DNA of 63,722 bases, counting the filler. It is 5 parts of 5 records of this genome, joined end to end, with 100 filler letters (N's around TTAATTAATTAA, not from the genome) between each part and the next. Parts side by side here need not be neighbours in the genome. Positions count along the whole stretch, not along the records: positions 30,841 to 47,545 come from DRR378314_2523; positions 47,646 to 56,924 come from DRR378314_2525; 3 more parts are not named here. The stretch is one strand, 5' to 3'. Of this stretch, positions 42,061 to 54,274 are shown piece after piece. A program made the position numbers and the translations under genes. The notes below the pieces were generated by a model. That model searched no databases. It was not told the origin of the DNA and worked only from the letters and a program-made list of their open reading frames with translations. The first letter of the stretch is position 1; every line of letters starts with the position of its first letter.

Positions 42061-43472
42061 AACCGGTCCCCAATCAAAAACTCTGCGGCGCGGTCCAGCC
42101 GGATATGCGGCGGCCCGTCCCCCGGTTTCAGCGTCAGCGGTGCGGGCGCAAAGCGCATCACCTGATAATCCTGATCCAGCCATTTCTGCGCCCCTGCCCG
42201 CGCCGGGTTCAGCAAATGCGCAGGGTCCGCCGGCAGATCACCGGGATAAAAAGCCGCCTCCTTGCCAGTGTCCAGCAAGGTGCCGCGCACCACATTCAAC
42301 GGGGCGCCATCATGTTCCATCACCGCCTCAGTTGTGGCCCGCAGGGAAGCGATCGCCATTGCCGCGGTGCCCGCACCGGCATATTGGGCGCGATCACGCG
42401 CCTCGCGGGTCAGCGCCTCCATAATTGCGCTTAATTTGGCGTGTTGCGTGTGGTGCAAATGATCTGCCTTGGTCGCTGCAAACAGGATCTTTTCAACCCG
42501 TTTGCCCCCCAGCAGATTAAACAGGAACCCGTTTTTTCCGGGACGGAATGCACTCAGGGTTTCGCCCATGGCATGGCGCAGATCCTCTACCGCTTGCGGC
42601 CCCTGATGGATGGCGCCCAGCGCATCAACCAAAACCACCTGCCGGTCGATCCGGGCAAAGTGGTCGCGAAAGAACGGCTGCACCACGCGGGACTTATAAG
42701 CCTCAAAACGCCGCCCCATTTCACGGTGCAAACTGCCCCGTTTTGACGCGCCATCTGTTGGGATCGGGGCAAAGGTCAGCACCGGTGATCCGGCCAGATC
42801 ACCGGGCAGCAGAAACCGCCCCGGTGTACAATCGGAATAGCCAGCTAGCCGCGCCGCACTCAAATACGCGGCAAAACGCCGTGCAAGGTCTTGGGCAAGG
42901 GTTTCGTCATGTTTAAGCGTTGGATCAACACCCCCTGCCAAGGCCATGAAGTCACGGGCGGAATCGCGGGTCTTGATGCGCGCCAATGTGGCCTTGGACC
43001 ACTCCTCGAAAGACAGCTCCATCAGCCCCAGATCCAGCAGCCATTCGCCGGGATAATCCACAATATCCAGATGCACCGTCCGCGGCCCCTGCAGCCCCGA
43101 AAGCAATCCGTTGGGCCGTACCTTTAACGACAGGCGCAGCTCGGAAATAGCGCGGGTGCTGTCAGGCCAATGCGGGGTTTGTCCGGTCAGCGCCGCCAGA
43201 TGTTTCTCATATTCAAACCGCGGCAACGTATCATTGGGTTGTGGCTGCAAAAACGCCGCCTCGACCCGCCCTTCAGCGGCGGCCAACAGCCCAGGCATCC
43301 GCCCGCGATCCAGAAGGTTGGCCACCAGTGACGTGATAAAAACCGTCTTGCCAGAGCGCGCCAGCCCCGTCACACCCAAGCGGATCACCGGCTCGAACAG
43401 GGTTTCCGACACCGTGTCCTGCACCGCTTCAATCTGACGCCAGATGCCATCGGCAATGCGTGTAATGACCAA
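42057..43472 (-). CDS. ycjX: YcjX family P-loop NTPase
   Basis: LGVTGLARSGKTVFITSL, DYPGEWLLDL, PGRFLLPG, FAATKADH, PHIRLD. TTG start at 43472. Confidence 0.93.
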   Translation of the reverse strand: MVITRIADGIWRQIEAVQDTVSETLFEPVIRLGVTGLARSGKTVFITSLVANLLDRGRMPGLLAAAEGRVEAAFLQPQPNDTLPRFEYEKHLAALTGQTPHWPDSTRAISELRLSLKVRPNGLLSGLQGPRTVHLDIVDYPGEWLLDLGLMELSFEEWSKATLARIKTRDSARDFMALAGGVDPTLKHDETLAQDLARRFAAYLSAARLAGYSDCTPGRFLLPGDLAGSPVLTFAPIPTDGASKRGSLHREMGRRFEAYKSRVVQPFFRDHFARIDRQVVLVDALGAIHQGPQAVEDLRHAMGETLSAFRPGKNGFLFNLLGGKRVEKILFAATKADHLHHTQHAKLSAIMEALTREARDRAQYAGAGTAAMAIASLRATTEAVMEHDGAPLNVVRGTLLDTGKEAAFYPGDLPADPAHLLNPARAGAQKWLDQDYQVMRFAPAPLTLKPGDGPPHIRLDRAAEFLIGDRL

Positions 43473-43563
43473 ACCCGTTTCCGCCTTCTGTTGTCTCAAC
43501 GGGTAACATAGGGGCGCACCCAAGGGATTGCCAGAAGCCATGGCGCAGGGTAGAGCGCGGATC

Positions 43564-44331
43564 ATGCACCGCTATGCCCTGAAAATTGAATACAACGGCG
43601 CGCCTTTTGTCGGGTGGCAACGCCAGAATGATCATGCCTCCGTTCAGGGTGTGATCGAGGCCGCCCTGTCCAAACTGCAAAAAGGCGAACATACAATTAC
43701 CGCCGCAGGGCGCACCGACAAGGGGGTGCATGCCATGGGGCAAGTGGCGCATTGTGATCTGGAGCAGGAATGGGAACCCTTCCGCCTGTGGGAGGCGCTG
43801 AACTACCATTGCAAACCCCACCCGGTTGCGATTGTCGATTGTGTGCCGGTGACAGAAGCTTTTCACGCCAGATTCTCGGCGCTTGAGCGGCGCTATCACT
43901 TTCGCATCCTGTCCCGCCGTCCCCCCGCAACCCTACATGCCGGGCTGGTCTGGCAGGTCAAGGGCCCGCTGAACCTTGACGCGATGCAGGAAGCTGCCGG
44001 GCTTCTGTTGGGGCAGCATGACTTTACCACCTTCCGCTCCACCATCTGTCAGGCAAAATCCCCTGTGAAAACGCTGGACCGGTTGGATATTGAGCGGGTC
44101 GAAACGCCATGGGGCACCGAATATCATTTCGACGTGCGCGCGCGCTCCTTCCTGCACAATCAGGTGCGCAGTTTTGTCGGCTCGCTTGAACGGGTTGGCG
44201 CGGGGACCTGGACACCGCAGGATCTGAAGAAGGCGCTAGAGGCCAAAGACCGCGCCGCCTGTGGCCCGGTCAGCCCGCCGCACGGTCTGTATCTTGCGCA
44301 TGTCACCTACGAGCATGATCCGTTTACGTGA
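43564..44331 (+). CDS. truA: tRNA pseudouridine(38-40) synthase
   Basis: [41 protein letters not shown]. Confidence 0.96.
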   Translation: MHRYALKIEYNGAPFVGWQRQNDHASVQGVIEAALSKLQKGEHTITAAGRTDKGVHAMGQVAHCDLEQEWEPFRLWEALNYHCKPHPVAIVDCVPVTEAFHARFSALERRYHFRILSRRPPATLHAGLVWQVKGPLNLDAMQEAAGLLLGQHDFTTFRSTICQAKSPVKTLDRLDIERVETPWGTEYHFDVRARSFLHNQVRSFVGSLERVGAGTWTPQDLKKALEAKDRAACGPVSPPHGLYLAHVTYEHDPFT

Positions 44332-45745
44332 GGGCTGGCCAATCGCCGTGATGCTTGCCCTCCGCATCAACCCGCGCAAATCCATGTGCACCAAAGAAAT
44401 CCCGCTGCGCCTGAATCATATTTGCGGATCCGCGCCCGCGCCGGATGCTGTCATACCACGCTAATGCCGCTGACAGGGCCGGCAATGCCACGCCCGTGGA
44501 TGCCCCCGCCGCCGCAACTCGGCGCAGGCTGGGAATGCTGGTTTCCAGCAGGGCAATAATCCTGGGCGCAAGGATCAGCTGCCCCATCGGCAGATCACCC
44601 CGAAACGCCTCTGCCAGATCATCCAGCAGGCTGGAGCGGATGATGCAACCCGCCCGCCAAATCTCTGATATTCTTGCCAGATCCAGAGACCATGCAAACT
44701 CCTCCGATGCGGCAGACAAGATGCGGAACCCCTGCGCATGACCAAGGATACGCCCCGCAAGCAATGCCCGCTCCAGATCATCCGCGCTTGGCAAATCAGT
44801 CCCGACCGTTCCTGACGGCAACAATGGCTCCGCCGCAACCCGCAGTGGCTTTTCCGATGACCAGCCCCGCGCGCCTACCGCCGCCTCGATGGTGCTGGCC
44901 GATTGCCCCATCTTAAGCGCCTCGATCAAGGTCCAGCGGCCGGTGCCCTTTTGTCCTGCCTGATCCAGAATAACATCGACAATGGGCTGACCCGTTTGCG
45001 CATCAACCGTCTGTAGGGCTGCCGCAGACACCTCGATCAGATAGGAACTAAGCGGCCCCGCCTGCCAGCTTTCAAACAGTGCCCCGATTGCGCCCGCCTC
45101 TTGCCCGCCCGCATCGCGCAGCAACCCGTAAACCTCTGCGATCATTTGCATATCTGCGTATTCGATACCGTTATGCACGGTTTTTACAAAATGCCCCGCG
45201 CCATCCGGCCCAAGGTGATCAACGCAGGGTTCCCCCTGAAACCTGGCGGCAATCGCCTCGACCATCGGGCGCAAGGCGATCCATGAATGGGCCGTGCCAC
45301 CCACCATCATCGACGGGCCGTGCCGCGCGCCCTCTTCCCCACCAGAGACGCCCATGCCGACAAAGTGAAACCCTGTGCCCTCAAAGGCTTGGGAACGTCG
45401 ACGCGTATCGTTGAAATCGGCGTTGCCGCCGTCGATCAACGTATCCCCTTCCTCCAGAAAAGGTGTGATCGCAGCAATCATCGCATCCATTGGTGCGCCA
45501 GAGGGGATCATAAACAGGATGCTGCGCGGGCGTGCGATGGCGCTGACAAAAGCCGCCAGATCAGCTTCACCCACCATCTGTTCGGCCAACGGCCCGGCTT
45601 CGGTCAGGAAATCCGTGATCCAATCCGCCTCGCGGTTCGAGACAGCAACCCGAAACCCCTTGTCTGCAAGGTTCATCGCCAGAGCCGATCCCATGGTCCC
45701 CAACCCATAGACACCAATGTCCGCGCCGCCTGTTGATCTTGTCAT
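44324..45745 (-). CDS. gnd: 6-phosphogluconate dehydrogenase, decarboxylating
   Basis: [50 protein letters not shown]. Confidence 0.95.
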   Translation of the reverse strand: MTRSTGGADIGVYGLGTMGSALAMNLADKGFRVAVSNREADWITDFLTEAGPLAEQMVGEADLAAFVSAIARPRSILFMIPSGAPMDAMIAAITPFLEEGDTLIDGGNADFNDTRRRSQAFEGTGFHFVGMGVSGGEEGARHGPSMMVGGTAHSWIALRPMVEAIAARFQGEPCVDHLGPDGAGHFVKTVHNGIEYADMQMIAEVYGLLRDAGGQEAGAIGALFESWQAGPLSSYLIEVSAAALQTVDAQTGQPIVDVILDQAGQKGTGRWTLIEALKMGQSASTIEAAVGARGWSSEKPLRVAAEPLLPSGTVGTDLPSADDLERALLAGRILGHAQGFRILSAASEEFAWSLDLARISEIWRAGCIIRSSLLDDLAEAFRGDLPMGQLILAPRIIALLETSIPSLRRVAAAGASTGVALPALSAALAWYDSIRRGRGSANMIQAQRDFFGAHGFARVDAEGKHHGDWPALT

Positions 45746-45908
45746 GAATTACCCGCTCCTGTGGCTTTGGCCGTTGGTCTTTAAACTGCTTCCAGAGCGC
45801 GGGCAGTACAAGGGCGGAAAGCTGCCTTTTGCCCTCTCCTTGAAAAACGAATCAAGAACAGCTATATAAGCAACTGATAAAAATAAATAAGTGATCACCA
45901 GAGGTCAG

Positions 45909-46352
45909 ATGAGCGGCGTCCCGAAGCACAGGCAAACCAAGCCCACCAAGAGAAAACCGCAGCGCGCGAAGCGCCTGCAGGTGGCTGCGCTGTGCTACAA
46001 AGAAACCAAGGTTGGTCGGCAGGTTTTGTTGATCACGAGCCGTGACACCGGTCGCTGGATCGTGCCCAAGGGGTGGCCGATGAAGGGCAAGGACGATCAC
46101 GAGGCCGCCTTGATCGAAGCCTGGGAAGAAGCGGGCGTCAGCAAGGCGGACATCGAAGAAGAACCGATGGGTTTTTTCGAATATGCTAAAGGGTTATCTT
46201 CGGGCGATACCGTGCCTGTCGAGGCGCAGGTATATCTAACCCGCGTGCGGGACTTGCAAAAAACCTATCCCGAGGTGGATCAGCGGATGCGGGAATGGTT
46301 CAGCCCGGCTGAAGCCGCGGAACTGGTCGATGAGCCTGATTTAAAAGCAATT

Positions 46353-46367
<15 letters not shown>
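45909..46367 (+). CDS. NUDIX hydrolase
   Basis: QVAALC, LLITSRDTGRW.VPKGW, Nudix box AALIEAWEEAG. Confidence 0.88.
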
Positions 46368-47545
<1,178 letters not shown>

Positions 47546-47645
47546 NNNNNNNNNNNNNNNNNNNNNNNNNNNNNNNNNNNNNNNNNNNNTTAATTAATTA
47601 ANNNNNNNNNNNNNNNNNNNNNNNNNNNNNNNNNNNNNNNNNNNN
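47546..47645. other. Artificial contig spacer 3
   Basis: N44-TTAATTAATTAA-N44. Confidence 0.97.
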
Positions 47646-47675
47646 TCGTAGGTTCGATCCCTACCGCCGGAGCCA
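47646..47675 (+). tRNA. 3' fragment of a tRNA (likely tRNA-Asn; anticodon not visible)
   Basis: TCGTAGGTTCGATCCCTACCGCCGGAGCCA: T-arm GTAGG-TTCGATC-CCTAC, acceptor strand and encoded CCA. Confidence 0.8.
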
Positions 47676-47692
47676 TTCTTCCCTGACTGGCC

Positions 47693-49312
47693 CTATCCCA
47701 TCAGCGCATCACTGAAATCCGCGCGCAGGTTGCGTTTCAGAACCTTTCCGGTTGCGTTCAACGGCAGAGCGTCGACGAATACTACCTTGTCCGGCACTTG
47801 CCATTTGGCGATTTTACCATCGAAATAGGATATCAGATCCTGTTCGGTTGGTTCTTCGCCCTCGGCCTTAACAGCGACCAATAGCGGCCGTTCATCCCAT
47901 TTGGGGTGCGGAACCCCAACAACAGCAGCAGTAGCCAGTTGAGGATGCGCGACAGCGATATTCTCCAACTCGACCGAACTGATCCATTCACCACCCGATT
48001 TGATGATGTCCTTAGAACGGTCGCGAATGGTCATGTAACCGTCAGGGTCCAGTGTTGCCACGTCGCCAGTTGCGAACCAGCCATCTTGCAGCAATGCCTC
48101 ATCCTGCATGTGGAAATAACTGTCCAGCACCCAGTGCCCGCGCACCATCAGATCGCCCTGTGTCTCACCGTCATGTGGAAGATCGTTGCCGTCATCGTCG
48201 ACGATTTTAAGCTCAACTCCAAATGGCGGGCGGCCCTGACTCTCACGCAGCTTGTACTGAGCCTCAAGCGGCATCCCCAGATGTTTCGCCATCGGATAAT
48301 TCGTAGTGCCCAGTGGGCTCATCTCGCTCATTCCCCAGGCGTGAACGGTATCGACACCATAGGTCTCGCGGAAGGTTTCGATCATCGAGGGTGGGCACGC
48401 CGAGCCCCCGATCACTGTGCGATTGAGGCTTTCCAATTTTGTCCCGCACGTCGCGGCATGAGCCAGCAGACCCTGCCAAATGGTTGGCACCCCCATCGCC
48501 AACGTCACACCATAGGTGTCGATCAGATCGACCAGCGCTTCACCATGCAGGCTAGGCCCTGGCATTACCATTCGCGAGCCCGACATTGCGCTGGCATAGG
48601 GCGAGCCCCACGCGTTGACATGGAACATCGGCACCACCGGCATCACCACATCCATGGCGGAAAAACCGATCACATCCTTCGTGTTAGACGCAAAACTGTG
48701 CAGCACCGTAGACCGGTGCGAATAGAGAACGCCTTTGGGATTGCCCGTCGTGCCTGACGTGTAACAAAGACTGGAGGCGGTATTTTCATCAAAGTCGGGC
48801 CACGTGTAGTCATCATCACCGGTTTCGATCAACTCATCATAAAAGACCACTCCTGGCACTTGTGATGCCACCTCTTCATCTCGTGCGCCCATCAGCACAT
48901 AGTGCTGCACTTCGGTCAGATGCCCGTGCAGCGCAGCCACCAATGGCAGAAAGGTTGCATCGAAGAACAGAACCCGGTCCTGTGCGTGGTTGATGATATA
49001 GGTCAGCTGTTCGGGAAACAGACGCGGGTTGATCGTGTGACACACAAAGCCCGCGCCGGAAACGGCATAGTAAATCTCCAGGTGCCGGCGGTTGTTCCAA
49101 GCCAGCGTGCCGATGCGATCTTGTGGCTGCAACCCCAGTTTCGAAAGTGCCGAGGCCATCCACCGGGCATTTTGCGCAATTCCGGCCCAATTGGTCTCGG
49201 TCACGGTGCCGTCTGTTTCGACCGAGATGATCTCGGTCTGGCCGTGATAGCGTTCGGCGTGATCAATCAGCGACGAAATCAGCAAAGGCTGCGTCATCAT
49301 CTGTCCCAGCAT
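47693..49312 (-). CDS. dmdB: Acyl-CoA ligase, DmdB-like (3-methylmercaptopropionyl-CoA ligase)
   Basis: MLGQMM.QPLLISSLIDHA start, YTSGTTGNPKG, WGMSEMSPLG, TGD, DRSKDIIKSGGEWISS; resembles roseobacter DmdB as I recall it. Confidence 0.75.
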   Translation of the reverse strand: MLGQMMTQPLLISSLIDHAERYHGQTEIISVETDGTVTETNWAGIAQNARWMASALSKLGLQPQDRIGTLAWNNRRHLEIYYAVSGAGFVCHTINPRLFPEQLTYIINHAQDRVLFFDATFLPLVAALHGHLTEVQHYVLMGARDEEVASQVPGVVFYDELIETGDDDYTWPDFDENTASSLCYTSGTTGNPKGVLYSHRSTVLHSFASNTKDVIGFSAMDVVMPVVPMFHVNAWGSPYASAMSGSRMVMPGPSLHGEALVDLIDTYGVTLAMGVPTIWQGLLAHAATCGTKLESLNRTVIGGSACPPSMIETFRETYGVDTVHAWGMSEMSPLGTTNYPMAKHLGMPLEAQYKLRESQGRPPFGVELKIVDDDGNDLPHDGETQGDLMVRGHWVLDSYFHMQDEALLQDGWFATGDVATLDPDGYMTIRDRSKDIIKSGGEWISSVELENIAVAHPQLATAAVVGVPHPKWDERPLLVAVKAEGEEPTEQDLISYFDGKIAKWQVPDKVVFVDALPLNATGKVLKRNLRADFSDALMG

Positions 49313-49418
49313 GGACATTCCTCCCATCGTCAGCGCATGACCGCGCCCTTGGTCCTTGGCAATGACCCTGCCAAGAATTCAATTGTCTGACAATAAAAGA
49401 GTGCAGCCGGGTGCCGCG

Positions 49419-51029
49419 TCAACCGCGATGACGCAATGCGTAATCGACCAAAGCAGCAGTTGATCCGTCCTTACCCACGGTACTGACCTCACCATCGACT
49501 ATGGGACCAAGCGAAGTGGCCAGTTCCTTGCCCAGTTCAACGCCCCATTGATCGAACGAGTTGATGCCTAGCAGCACGCCTTCGACAAACACACGATGTT
49601 CGTACAACGCGACGATCTGGCCCAGCACATAAGGCGTAAGCTGCGGATACATCAGCGTGGTTGAGGGCCGGTTCCCCGAGAACACACGATGGCGCGCCTG
49701 ACGTTCAAGTTCATCTCCGGTCAGGCCCTTTTCCTCCATCTGCGCCCGCGCTTCATCAAGTGATCGACCGCGCATCAGAGCCTCGGACTGAGCAAAGCAA
49801 TTGGCCAGCAGCAACCGATGATGATGTGTCAATTCTGGCTCGTGCCCTTCGGCGGCGGCCATGAACTCGCAGGGGATCACATCGGTGCCCTGATGAATCA
49901 ACTGATAAAATGCGTGCTGCCCATTGGTGCCGGGTTCACCCCAGACCACCGGACCGGATGGTACCGTAAGATCGCTGCCATCCATCGCGACGGATTTGCC
50001 GTTCGATTCCATTTCAAGCTGTTGAAAATACGCCGGGAGACGCAGCAGGCGTTGATCATACGGCAATACCGCACGGCTGGCATGACCAAGCACCTGACGG
50101 TGCCAGACACCTACAAGCGCCAGCATGACCGGAACATTCTCCGCCCATTCTGCCGAGCGAAAATGCAAATCCATCGCCTGTCCACCGCGCAGGAAAGAAT
50201 CGAACGCGTTTGAGCCGACGGCGATCATGACTGGTAAGCCAACCGGCCCCCAAACGGAATAGCGCCCGCCCACCCAGTCGGCGAAGCCGAACACGCGTGC
50301 CTCGGGGATACCAAACGCTTGCGTCTTATCAACCGCGCTTGAAACCGCCGCAAACTGTTGCGACGGGTCCCCACCGCCATCCACCATCCATGCCCGCGCT
50401 GTCCGTGCATTGGTCATGGTTTCAATGGTTGTGAAGGTCTTGGAGGCGACGATCACCAAGGTCCGTGTCGGATCAAGTGGTCGCAACGTATCCGCGATAT
50501 GCGCACCATCCACGTTCGAGACATAGTGCAGCCTTGGCCCATCGTGGTATTGCGACAGCGCATGGGTCGCCATGACCGGCCCCAAGTCTGAGCCGCCAAT
50601 GCCGATATTCACCACGTCAGTAAAACTGCCCCCTGCCCCCTTGATCGCCCCGCCACGCACCTCTTCGGCGAACACACGCATCCTTTGCAGTGTATCCAGA
50701 ACGTCTGGCATCACGTCCTGACCATCAACTTCGACTGGTCCACCATCAAGGTTGCGCAACGCAGTGTGCAGCACCGAACGCCCTTCGGTCTCATTGATCT
50801 TTTCGCCCGCAAACATCGCAGCCCGGCGATCAGCCAGGTTGGCCTGGTCACAAAGTTGGATAAGTGCTGACCTGATATCGTCGTCGATCTGCGTTTTTGA
50901 ATAATCAAACAACATGTCGCCGGTCGAGGCCGAGAAGCCCTGTGCCCTGTTTGAATCCGCGTCGAACAGATCAAGTATCCGGCGGCCTTTCAGGGACGCC
51001 GCAAAAGAGTTCAGTTGATCCAATTGCAT
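49419..51029 (-). CDS. pgi: Glucose-6-phosphate isomerase
   Basis: [45 protein letters not shown]. Confidence 0.97.
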   Translation of the reverse strand: MQLDQLNSFAASLKGRRILDLFDADSNRAQGFSASTGDMLFDYSKTQIDDDIRSALIQLCDQANLADRRAAMFAGEKINETEGRSVLHTALRNLDGGPVEVDGQDVMPDVLDTLQRMRVFAEEVRGGAIKGAGGSFTDVVNIGIGGSDLGPVMATHALSQYHDGPRLHYVSNVDGAHIADTLRPLDPTRTLVIVASKTFTTIETMTNARTARAWMVDGGGDPSQQFAAVSSAVDKTQAFGIPEARVFGFADWVGGRYSVWGPVGLPVMIAVGSNAFDSFLRGGQAMDLHFRSAEWAENVPVMLALVGVWHRQVLGHASRAVLPYDQRLLRLPAYFQQLEMESNGKSVAMDGSDLTVPSGPVVWGEPGTNGQHAFYQLIHQGTDVIPCEFMAAAEGHEPELTHHHRLLLANCFAQSEALMRGRSLDEARAQMEEKGLTGDELERQARHRVFSGNRPSTTLMYPQLTPYVLGQIVALYEHRVFVEGVLLGINSFDQWGVELGKELATSLGPIVDGEVSTVGKDGSTAALVDYALRHRG

Positions 51030-51034
51030 CGCGA

Positions 51035-51706
51035 TTACTCCGCCCAGTGAACTGTCATGCCACTCAGCACAGCTGCGATCGGGGCCTCCTCGGGCGGCAA
51101 TGACATGGCACGGTCCAGAGCATCCCGCTTGGCTCCTCCAAATATGACAAGGTGTTTCGACATCGCGCCCTCCAAAACCGGTGCGGTCAGTGTGATCCGC
51201 ACCTCAGGCTGCACGTCTGTGCGTGCCACTGCCAATGTCGGCGCATGGTTATCCAACGCGGCGGACAAGCCTTCCATCCCGGGAAAGAGCGAAGCAGTGT
51301 GCATATCCTCCCCCATGCCCAACACCAGTACCGATAAAGGCAAAACCGGGTTAATCAGGCTTTCGATCTCGGGCAATACCGCCTCGGGCTCGTGACCCGC
51401 GACATACAGAGGGATGTATTGCGCGACGGATGCGCGGCTGGTCAGCAGCCTTTCACGGATCAATCGCTCGTTCGAGCGTTCGTGATCCCCCGGCAAACAT
51501 CGTTCATCGGTGGGCAAAACACGCACGCGATCCCAATCCAGATCAGCCGCACATAACCCATCGAACACAGGCCCCGGTGTGGTACCGCCGGGAACGGCCA
51601 GCGAGACGGCATCGTGGTGCAGCAACGCGGCCTCAAGGTCGCCAGCTAATGCGTTCGCTACATCAATTGCCAGCATATCACGATCGGCGTATTCTTTGAT
51701 ATTCAT
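51035..51706 (-). CDS. pgl: 6-phosphogluconolactonase
   Basis: [30 protein letters not shown]. Confidence 0.93.
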   Translation of the reverse strand: MNIKEYADRDMLAIDVANALAGDLEAALLHHDAVSLAVPGGTTPGPVFDGLCAADLDWDRVRVLPTDERCLPGDHERSNERLIRERLLTSRASVAQYIPLYVAGHEPEAVLPEIESLINPVLPLSVLVLGMGEDMHTASLFPGMEGLSAALDNHAPTLAVARTDVQPEVRITLTAPVLEGAMSKHLVIFGGAKRDALDRAMSLPPEEAPIAAVLSGMTVHWAE

Positions 51707-53157
51707 GGGTTTATTCCTTGCCAGCGGCGGTGATCTCGTTTCATCAGCAGTTCGGCATCCCCTGGTCCGGTGCTGCCATTCTCATAGGGTTTGGGAACGT
51801 CACCACGCGCCTGCCAACCGGCGATAATCGGATCGGTCCAGGCCCAGGCGGCCTCGACCTCATCGCCACGCATGAACAGTGTCTGGTTGCCGCGGATGAC
51901 ATCCATGACCAGCCTTTCATAAGCGTCGGGCGGATCCTGATTTTCAGGGCCCAATGCCTCTGCAAAGCTCATGTCCAATGGCACGTCGACCAAGCGCATA
52001 CCGCCCTGCCCAGGTTCCTTGATCGTAACCTTCAGGGTGATGCCTTCGTTCGGCTGCAAACGGATCGACAGCGCATTGGCATGGCGACCAGCCTCTTCCC
52101 CGAAAATCGAATGCGGCGCGTCCTTGAACATCACATTGATGACAGACGATCGCGCCACCAGTTCTTTTCCCGTGCGCAGATAAAACGGTGTCCCCGCCCA
52201 ACGCCAATTACTGACATGCGCACGCAAAGCAACATAGCTTTCGGTCGTAGATCGGGGGTTTCCAGCGGCTTCACGATAGCTGCGGCCATCACCGCCACCC
52301 GCAAACTGGCCGCGCACGATGTGATGCGGCTCAACCGGGTCAAGCGCGCGGATCACCTTGAGTTTTTCATCACGCACTGCGTCCGGGTCGAATTTTGCGG
52401 GCGGTTCCATCGCGATCAGGCACAACAGCTGCATCAAATGGTTCTGCATCATGTCACGCATGGCGCCTGCGCGTTCATAATACTCTTCTCGCCCGTCTAT
52501 GCCGACGGTTTCGGCCACAGTGATCTGGATATGGTCGACATACTGGCTGTTCCAGAGCGGTTCGAACAGCATGTTGCCGAACCGTACAGCCATCAAGTTC
52601 TGAACTGTTTCCTTACCCAGATAGTGATCGATCCGATAGATCTGCCCTTCGTCGAAATGCGCCGCCAAAGTCGCGTTCAACGCGCGGGCGCTTTCCAGAT
52701 TATGACCAAACGGCTTTTCAACAACGATGCGTGTCTGCGGCGTAGCTAAATCGTGCGCTCTGATCCGTTCGGCTAGCGGCCCAAACAATCTTGGCCCGAC
52801 CGAGAAATAAAAGGCCCGGATACGATCCGTACTCAGCCTATCGACCAACTGCGCCCAGCCTTCGTCGGATAATGCATCCAGCGGAACATAGTCCAAACGC
52901 TGCAGAAAACCCCTCACAGCCTCAGGGTCTTTTGCCCGCTTCGGCGCGTGCTTGCGCAGCGAATCGGCGACCATCCCACGAAACGCATCAACCGTTAATC
53001 CAGCCCGCGCCGCACCTATGATCCTGGCAGCCTCGGGCCACTGTCCGGCACAGTAACGCCGAAACAGAGCTGGAACGATCTTGCGCTGTGCCAGATCGCC
53101 AGTTCCGCCGAAAATGACCAGATCAAATGGGTCAACAGGTATGACGCGAGAAACCAT
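51703..53157 (-). CDS. zwf: Glucose-6-phosphate 1-dehydrogenase
   Basis: FGGTGDLA, EKPFG, RIDHYLGKE, RDMMQNH, PFYLRTGK. Confidence 0.97.
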   Translation of the reverse strand: MVSRVIPVDPFDLVIFGGTGDLAQRKIVPALFRRYCAGQWPEAARIIGAARAGLTVDAFRGMVADSLRKHAPKRAKDPEAVRGFLQRLDYVPLDALSDEGWAQLVDRLSTDRIRAFYFSVGPRLFGPLAERIRAHDLATPQTRIVVEKPFGHNLESARALNATLAAHFDEGQIYRIDHYLGKETVQNLMAVRFGNMLFEPLWNSQYVDHIQITVAETVGIDGREEYYERAGAMRDMMQNHLMQLLCLIAMEPPAKFDPDAVRDEKLKVIRALDPVEPHHIVRGQFAGGGDGRSYREAAGNPRSTTESYVALRAHVSNWRWAGTPFYLRTGKELVARSSVINVMFKDAPHSIFGEEAGRHANALSIRLQPNEGITLKVTIKEPGQGGMRLVDVPLDMSFAEALGPENQDPPDAYERLVMDVIRGNQTLFMRGDEVEAAWAWTDPIIAGWQARGDVPKPYENGSTGPGDAELLMKRDHRRWQGINP

Positions 53158-53191
53158 GGCTTTTCCTTACCTTGCCGCTTGAGGCATGTCC

Positions 53192-53209
53192 AATGTTAGC
53201 GCAATCATT
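53192..53209. promoter_or_regulatory. LacI-family operator-like palindrome upstream of zwf
   Basis: AATGTTAGC|GCAATCATT; 7 of 9 positions symmetric with a central GCGC. Confidence 0.5.
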
Positions 53210-53320
53210 CGGCAATTTTCTTCCAACATCAAAACTCTGTCAGCAAAGGGTCAACATACTTAACTAAACTGGTGCAAACGGTTAAGTCGGTTCAGTGAAT
53301 TCACAGAACCGGATGCCGGA

Positions 53321-54274
53321 ATGAAAGACAACGCCACTCAGGCAGCAAATATCGGGAAGTTTCAAAACAGTTTGGTGACAGCGGACGGGCAGACGCGCGC
53401 CTCAGTTGCACTGACCAATCCCGAGACATTGTGGTTCAATACAGGCACGCTGTGCAATATCGAATGCGTGAACTGCTATATCGCCAGCAGCCCGACCAAT
53501 GATGCGTTGGTTTACATTACTGCGGACGAAGTGCTCGAATTTCTGGATCAGATCGAAGATCGCGGGTGGCCGATACGCGAGATCGGATTTACCGGCGGTG
53601 AGCCGTTCATGAACCCCCAGATGATCGATATGACCCGTGCGGCACTGGAACGCGGATACGAGGTTCTGATCCTCACCAATGCAATGCTTCCGATGATGCG
53701 TCGCAAGATGCGCGATGGGTTGCTGGCCCTGCAGCAAGAGTATGGGGATAAGCTGATCCTTCGCGTTTCTGTCGATCATTATCGCCCTGAACTTCATGAT
53801 GAAGAACGCGGCAAAGGCAGTTTTGCCAAAACTCTCACTGGTATGGAGTGGTTGCGGGACAACGATGTCAAAATGGCCATCGCCGGGCGGACCGTTTGGG
53901 GCGATTCCGACGCTGACAGCCGCGCAGGATATGCCGCGTTCTTTGCCGAGCATGGGTTTGATATCGATGCGCAGGATCCCAGCCAAACAGTCCTGTTTCC
54001 CGAAATGGACGAAACGGTAGAAGTGCCGGAAATTACAACCGCTTGCTGGGGAATTCTAAATAAAACCCCAGATGCGGTGATGTGCGCAAGCTCCCGCATG
54101 GTGGTCAAACGCAAAGGCGCAGAGCGCCCAACGGTGCTGGCCTGCACCCTGCTGCCGTATTCACCTGAGTTCGAGATGGGAGAGACCCTTGCCGAAGCCG
54201 AAGCCGACGTACACCTGAATCATCCGCACTGCGCCAAATTTTGCGTTCTTGGCGGGGCGAGTTGTTCCGGATGA
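53321..54274 (+). CDS. Radical SAM protein
   Basis: CNIECVNC (CxxxCxxC), FTGGEPF, LTN, Cys-rich C-terminus HPHCAKFCVLGGASC. Confidence 0.9.
   Translation: MKDNATQAANIGKFQNSLVTADGQTRASVALTNPETLWFNTGTLCNIECVNCYIASSPTNDALVYITADEVLEFLDQIEDRGWPIREIGFTGGEPFMNPQMIDMTRAALERGYEVLILTNAMLPMMRRKMRDGLLALQQEYGDKLILRVSVDHYRPELHDEERGKGSFAKTLTGMEWLRDNDVKMAIAGRTVWGDSDADSRAGYAAFFAEHGFDIDAQDPSQTVLFPEMDETVEVPEITTACWGILNKTPDAVMCASSRMVVKRKGAERPTVLACTLLPYSPEFEMGETLAEAEADVHLNHPHCAKFCVLGGASCSG

Noticed and set aside
54272..54274. Selenocysteine readthrough at the radical SAM TGA
   Set aside because: The candidate position is already Cys, the TGA is terminal and abuts a convergent gene, and no SECIS-like hairpin is evident.
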